A DNA stretch of 64,000 bases from an uncultured Chloroflexia bacterium (lineage in GTDB: Bacteria > Chloroflexota > Dehalococcoidia > UBA2979): the NCBI GenBank assembly GCA_963728205.1, contig CAVSIV010000006.1, positions 1,696,001 to 1,760,000 on the forward strand, read 5' to 3'. A program made the translations under genes and the position numbers. The notes under the pieces are model-generated. The model was not told where the DNA came from, ran no database searches, and was given only the letters and a program-made list of their open reading frames with translations. Shown here piece by piece: positions 59,275 through 64,000 of the stretch; positions within the stretch are counted from its first letter, which is position 1; every line of letters begins with the position of its first letter.

Positions 59275-61090
59275 AAGCGATCCACGGGAAGGCGAAGAGC
59301 GTTCGGCAGCTTCTTCAGGGCGTGAAGTACTCCATCGACTACTACCAGCGCGAGTACCGGTGGAGGCCAAGCAGGTTCGCGAGCTCGTCAACGACCTCAG
59401 CGGCACGTTCCTCGAGGAGTACCAGCCCGGACTCAGCCGGACCAAGGTCGCCGATTTCCCCACTACTTTCTCGGCTCGATCATCATTAGCCAGAAGGGCA
59501 GCGAGATTTTCGTCGTGGACGGCCAGCAGCGACTCACGAGCCTGACCTTGATGCTGATCTCCTGCGTAACCTCCAGGGGGATCGTCCCGAGCGGTGAACA
59601 TCGACGAACTCATCTTCTCGGAGCGATACGGGCAGAAGACGTTCAACCTCGCGGTCGATGAACCGCCCTGTGTATGGAAGCCCTGTTCGACAGCGACGCG
59701 TTCGATCCATCCGACCAGACCGAATCGGTGCAGAACCTATACGCGGACCAGGATCTGACTCGAGAAGCTCCCGAGGAACTTCGAGAAGCTGCCCTCCCTT
59801 ACTTCGTGGACTGGGTCATCGACAACGTCCACCTCGTCGAGATCACGGCGTACTCGGACGACGACGCCTACAAGATCTTCGAGACTATGAACGACCGAGG
59901 TCTGTCACTCAGCCCAACCGACATGCTGAAGGGCTACCTGCTCGCCAACATGGAATCGCAGCGACGCGTCCCCGCGAACGAGCTATGGCGCGGGCGCCTG
60001 CTCCAGACTCAATGAGTGGGGCGATGACTCCGATGCCGACTTCTTCAAGGCGTGGCTTCGGAGTCAGTACGCGACGCGATCCGAGAGCGCAAGCGCGGCG
60101 CGGTCCCTGAGGATTTCGACCGTATTGGCACGGAATTCCATCGCTGGCTCCGGGAGGCGAGCCTTCGATCGGCCTCAATCAGCCGGACGACTTCTTCCGC
60201 TTCCTCCAGCGTGACTTCGACTTCTACAGCAAGCAGTACCTGCGCATCGCGGAGGCCGAGATGGAGCCCGTGGAGGGGCTTGAGCACCTGATGTACGTGT
60301 TCGACCACGGCTTCACGCTGCACTACATGCTGCTGCTCGCTCCGCTACGCCCCGAGGACTCCGAGGATGTCGTCACGGTGAAGCTCGGGCTCGTCGGACG
60401 TTTCACCGATACACTTCTGGCATGGCGAATCTGGAACTGGCGATCGATCGCGTACTCGACCATGCAGTACGCGATGTTCCTTGTGATGCGCGAGATTCGA
60501 GGGTTAGAGCCGGTGGCGCTGGCTCAGAAGCTCCACGGCCTCCTGAGCGTGAGCCCGAGACGTTCGCGACCAACAACCGGCTGCGGATGCACCAGCAGAA
60601 TCGCTACGCCCTTCACCGCCTATTGGCGCGAATGACCGACTACGTCGAGACGCAGTCAGGGCAGGCCTCGCGCTACCCGGAATACGTGGCGTCTGGGAAG
60701 GATCGCTACGAGGTGGAGCACATCTGGGCCGACCACTTCGATCAGCACCGCGATGAGTTTTCGCATGAAGCGGACTTTGCGGAGCATCGGAACCGCATCG
60801 GTGGGCTGCTGCTGCTGCCGAAGTCGTTCAACGCGTCATACGGGGACTTGCGATACGAGAAGAAGCTCCCACATTACAATACGCAGAACCTGCTCGCGCG
60901 GTCGCTGCATCCACAGGCATACGATCACAACCCAGGTTTCCTGCAGTTCATCAAGGCCAGTGGTCTCCCCTTCCACCCCTACGAGCACTTCAAGCAGGCG
61001 GACATCGAAGAGCGCGCCGAGCTCTATCGGCGGCTCGCCGAGCGCATCTGGAACCCCGACGACCTGTTGCGGGAGGTCGAGGCGCTCTGA
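59271..61090 (+). CDS. GmrSD-like DUF262-DUF1524 type IV restriction protein, several frameshifts
   Basis: YSIDYYQREYRW, VVDGQQRLTSL, AYKIFETMNDRGLSLS--DMLK, EVEHIW, NRIGGLLLL--SFN. Confidence 0.85.
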
Positions 61091-61161
61091 TGCTTACCCA
61101 CCTCCCTCCCTACGCCGCCTACCGCGACACCGGGCTGAGCTCGGCCGGGGAGGCACTCTGA
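61090..61161 (+). pseudogene. 23-codon stub duplicating the hsdS 5' end
   Basis: MLTHLPPYAAYRDTG vs HsdS MLTHLSPYRAYRDSG; TGATG overlaps at both ends. Confidence 0.75.
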
Positions 61162-62199
61162 TGCCGACTCGTCAGGAACTCCTCGCCTCTATTCCCACTA
61201 CGACTGCCGACTACCGCGCGGGTGAACTCCCCGCGCCGACGCCCGGAGCACGTAGATCGCTGGGTCGGGCAGTTTCCGACTGACGTGCAGGAGGCGATGC
61301 TCGGCGAGATCGATCACGTCCTCAAGAGCACATACTTCAGCCGTGCTCGCGCCCAGCAGTATCTGACGAGCCTCATCTCTACCGAGGGGATCGCTGGTCT
61401 CGATCCTGCGGCGTTCTGGGTCAACGTGACTTGTCTCGATGGTCAGGCTCACGGATCTTCGCAGCGTGAACTCGTCGCGACGTTCACCAAGCTGCTTCGG
61501 GACGCCTTCGGGATCGAGATCACCGATCCTGTCATCAACCCACGGGTGTTCTTGTATCTCGATGACGCAATCTTTAGCGGCGACACCCTTCGCCGCGACC
61601 TGCGGTCGTGGATTGAGAACGATGCACCCGCGATGGCAAGCGTTCACGTTGTGGTGTTCACCCTCCACACCGGATTCTGGTACGCCAGGAAGCGGATCGG
61701 GGATGCGATACAGGCGTCCGGGAAGCAGATCACAGTCACCTACTGGCGCGCACAGGAGGTGAAGAACAAACGGGATGAGCGACGTGACGCAGGCGTTCTG
61801 TGGCCTTGGGAGATACCCGATGAGGAGGTCGTTCAGAACTACGTTGGAGGTCTTCAGCACGCGGTGACACTCAGGCCGCTAGGTGGCGATCTCGGCCCCT
61901 TCTCTTCGGAGGGCGGTCGCCAGCTACTGGAGAGGGAGTTCACGATCGCTGGTGCACGGATCCGCTCGGCCTATCAAGACCCCAGCGACATCCTCCGTCC
62001 GCTCGGATACAGCCGCTTTGGACTTGGCTTCGGCTCGATGACGGTGACCTATCGCAACTGTCCGAACAACGCCCCACTTGCACTCTGGTGGGGCAACGCG
62101 GGTGGAGTCGGACCCGCCCACTTCAACAACTGGTACCCGCTCGTCCCCAGAAAGGTGCATCAGCAGAATCCGGGAGGCCTTTATGCCTTCTCCGTCTGA
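61161..62199 (+). CDS. phosphoribosyltransferase-like protein, one frameshift near 61242
   Basis: FLYLDDAIFSG resembles the type I PRTase PRPP-binding loop; RPLGY, YRNCPNN, WYPLVPR tail; family call by motif only. Confidence 0.65.
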
Positions 62200-64000
62200 C
62201 CAGACCCAGCTCCGCACCTACGACCGTGCCGCCAGCGTTGTCTTCCGCAAGACGAACGAGGAGTTCGGCGGGCTGTCCAACATGGCAGCGGGGTTCCCGC
62301 TGGAGGTAAACGGGCTCGCGATCCGCACGGCCGAGGCGCTGTACCAGGCGTGCCGGTTCCCCCACCGATCTGAGCTCCAACGCCACATCGTCGACCAGCG
62401 CAGCCCGATGACGGCGAAGATGGTCGGGAAGCCGCACCGTCACGACTCCCGCCGCGACTGGGATCGCGTGCGAGTGGCCGTCATGCGCTGGACGCTGCGC
62501 GTGAAGCTCGCACAGAACTGGAGCGCGTTCGGTGAGTTGCTGCTCGCCAGCGGCGAACGACCGATCGTCGAGGACTCCCGGCGCGACGACTTCTGGGGAG
62601 CAAAGCAGGTCGATAGCCAGACCCTTACTGGCATGAACGTGCTTGGGCGACTGCTGATGGAGCTCCGCGAGGACCTCCGCGATCGCGGCACGGCGCTGCT
62701 CACCGTCGAACCACCGGCCATCGGAGATTTCCTGCTCGATGGACAGCCGATCGAGGCCATCCGTGGCGCCGAGGCGCGTCTACGGCCCGGCCTCGAAGAC
62801 CACCGCGTGGACGAAGTGCGCCAGCCCTCGCTGTTTCACGACCAGCCCCTCGCTGAACCAGAGGAGCTCAGCCGGATGCTTACCCACCTCTCTCCCTACC
62901 GCGCCTACCGCGACTCGGGCGTCCCTTGGCTGGACGATGTCCCCGAGCACTGGGAGGTACTGCCGGCGCTGGCGGCGTACCAGCCGAAACTCGTCCGCAA
63001 TGTCGGAATCATGGAGAGTAGGGTGCTCTCGCTGAGTTACGGACGGATCGTCGTGCGCCCGCTGGAGAAGCTCCGAGGGCTCGTGCCAGAGTCGTTCGAG
63101 ACGTATCAGATGGTCGATCCCGGGAACATCATCGTCCGGACAACTGACCTACAGAACGATCAGACGAGCCTGCGGGTCGGGATCGCACGGGACCGAGGAA
63201 TCATCACTTCGGCTTACCTCTGTCTCACCACAACCGGCCGCATGTCGCCTGAGTTCGGCTACCAGTTCCTGAACGCGTATGACCTCCTCAAGATCATCTA
63301 CGGCTACGGGTCTGGACTCAGACAGAACCTCAGCTTCATAGAAATCAAGCGGATGCCAGTTCTCGTTCCACCCCCGGAGGAACAAGCCGCCATCGTGCGC
63401 TTCCTTGACTACGCCGACCGGCGCATCCGGCGGTACGTGCTCGCGAAGCGGCGGCTGATCGCGCTCCTCGAGGAGCAGAAGCAGGCGATCATCCATCGCG
63501 CCGTCACGCGCGGCCTCGACCCGGACGTGCGGCTGAAGCCGTCCGGCGTGGAGTGGCTGGGGGACATCCCGGAGCGCTGGGAGGCTGTCCCGTTCAAGAG
63601 CAGGATCGCGTTCCAAGAGGGTCCGGGGATCATGGCCTCGGAGTTCCGCGACGACGGAGTGCCGCTGCTTCGCATCTCGTGTCTTCGAGGTGACAGTGCG
63701 ACGCTCGACGGCTGCAACTACCTGGATCCTGAGTCCGTGAGTCGGCGTTGGAGTCACTTTGCGGTAAAGCCTGACGACTACCTTCTAACTTCGAGCGGCA
63801 GCCTTGGATCTGTTTCGCAAGCTAACGAGGAAGTCGCCGGTGCGATCCCGTACACAGGGATCATCCGACTGTGGCCGAAGTTGCCTGCAGGCGTTCACAT
63901 GGATTTCGTGCGCTACTTCCTGGTCTCTGAACTCTTCGCTGCGCAGATCCGTTTCATGAAGACAGGTGTCGGGATCGAGCATTTCGGCCCCACTCATCTG
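62183..64000 (+). CDS. hsdS: NADAR (YbiA-like) domain fused in frame to type I R-M specificity subunit; 3'-truncated, absent from ORF track
   Basis: Open frame 62183 to end. NADAR: GGLSNM, EALYQA-RF, W---RV-VM---LRVK, IVE-S--D-FWG, G-NVLGRLLMELRE. HsdS from 62876: YRDSGVPWL--VP-HW, PP-EEQ-AIV-FLD, KQAIIHRAVTRGLDP---KPSGVEWLGDIP-W. Confidence 0.85.
   Translation, partial: MPSPSDQTQLRTYDRAASVVFRKTNEEFGGLSNMAAGFPLEVNGLAIRTAEALYQACRFPHRSELQRHIVDQRSPMTAKMVGKPHRHDSRRDWDRVRVAVMRWTLRVKLAQNWSAFGELLLASGERPIVEDSRRDDFWGAKQVDSQTLTGMNVLGRLLMELREDLRDRGTALLTVEPPAIGDFLLDGQPIEAIRGAEARLRPGLEDHRVDEVRQPSLFHDQPLAEPEELSRMLTHLSPYRAYRDSGVPWLDDVPEHWEVLPALAAYQPKLVRNVGIMESRVLSLSYGRIVVRPLEKLRGLVPESFETYQMVDPGNIIVRTTDLQNDQTSLRVGIARDRGIITSAYLCLTTTGRMSPEFGYQFLNAYDLLKIIYGYGSGLRQNLSFIEIKRMPVLVPPPEEQAAIVRFLDYADRRIRRYVLAKRRLIALLEEQKQAIIHRAVTRGLDPDVRLKPSGVEWLGDIPERWEAVPFKSRIAFQEGPGIMASEFRDDGVPLLRISCLRGDSATLDGCNYLDPESVSRRWSHFAVKPDDYLLTSSGSLGSVSQANEEVAGAIPYTGIIRLWPKLPAGVHMDFVRYFLVSELFAAQIRFMKTGVGIEHFGPTHL

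Larger units (their letters stand above)
43424..64000. mobile_element. defence/genomic island, continues past the window
   Basis: Abrupt fall in GC and codon bias after the dnaN stop; REP elements absent; TA, nuclease and R-M cargo; no integrase seen in window. Confidence 0.7.

Noticed and set aside
61161-62875. DarTG1 system
   Set aside because: NADAR is present, but the partner shows a PRTase-like motif, not DarT ADP-ribosyltransferase motifs
62183-62875. NADAR as the riboflavin damage-control enzyme of the rib operon
   Set aside because: It lies ~37 kb away in the low-GC island, overlaps the PRTase gene and is in frame with hsdS
43424-64000. Integrase, transposase or prophage genes
   Set aside because: None recognised in the window

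Overview
Very GC-rich bacterial chromosomal window. Gene content (LLM oxidoreductase, CoA-transferases) and a Gram-positive-type LexA box suggest Chloroflexota/Dehalococcoidia-like origin, but that is inference. Bases 1-43423 are housekeeping: lipid/CoA catabolism, pyrE, lepB, class II aldolase, an ECF sigma/anti-sigma pair, dCTP deaminase, ribD-ribE-ribBA-ribH, LexA-boxed dinB, a tetrapyrrole cluster (ahbAB, chdC-like, HTH regulator, Met8/SirC-like, hemA, hemC, cobA-hemD, hemB, hemL), an MFS transporter and dnaN. Intergenic spaces are full of REP/REPIN-like palindromes. Right after the dnaN stop, composition becomes visibly less GC-rich and a defence island runs to the window end. It holds an orphan AbiEi, DUF1778-GNAT and DUF433-PIN toxin-antitoxin pairs, VIT1, CorA, an HNH nuclease, an Hhe-type helicase, a GHKL-ATPase/HExxH protein and a type I R-M locus. 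Many island genes carry single-base frameshifts, most likely consensus errors. The best candidate for an undescribed system lies inside the R-M operon: hsdM - GmrSD-like - 23-codon hsdS stub - PRTase-like gene - NADAR domain fused in frame to HsdS. The PRTase-NADAR cassette is bracketed by a 39-bp duplication of the hsdS 5' end. All calls are by eye from motifs; no database search was run.
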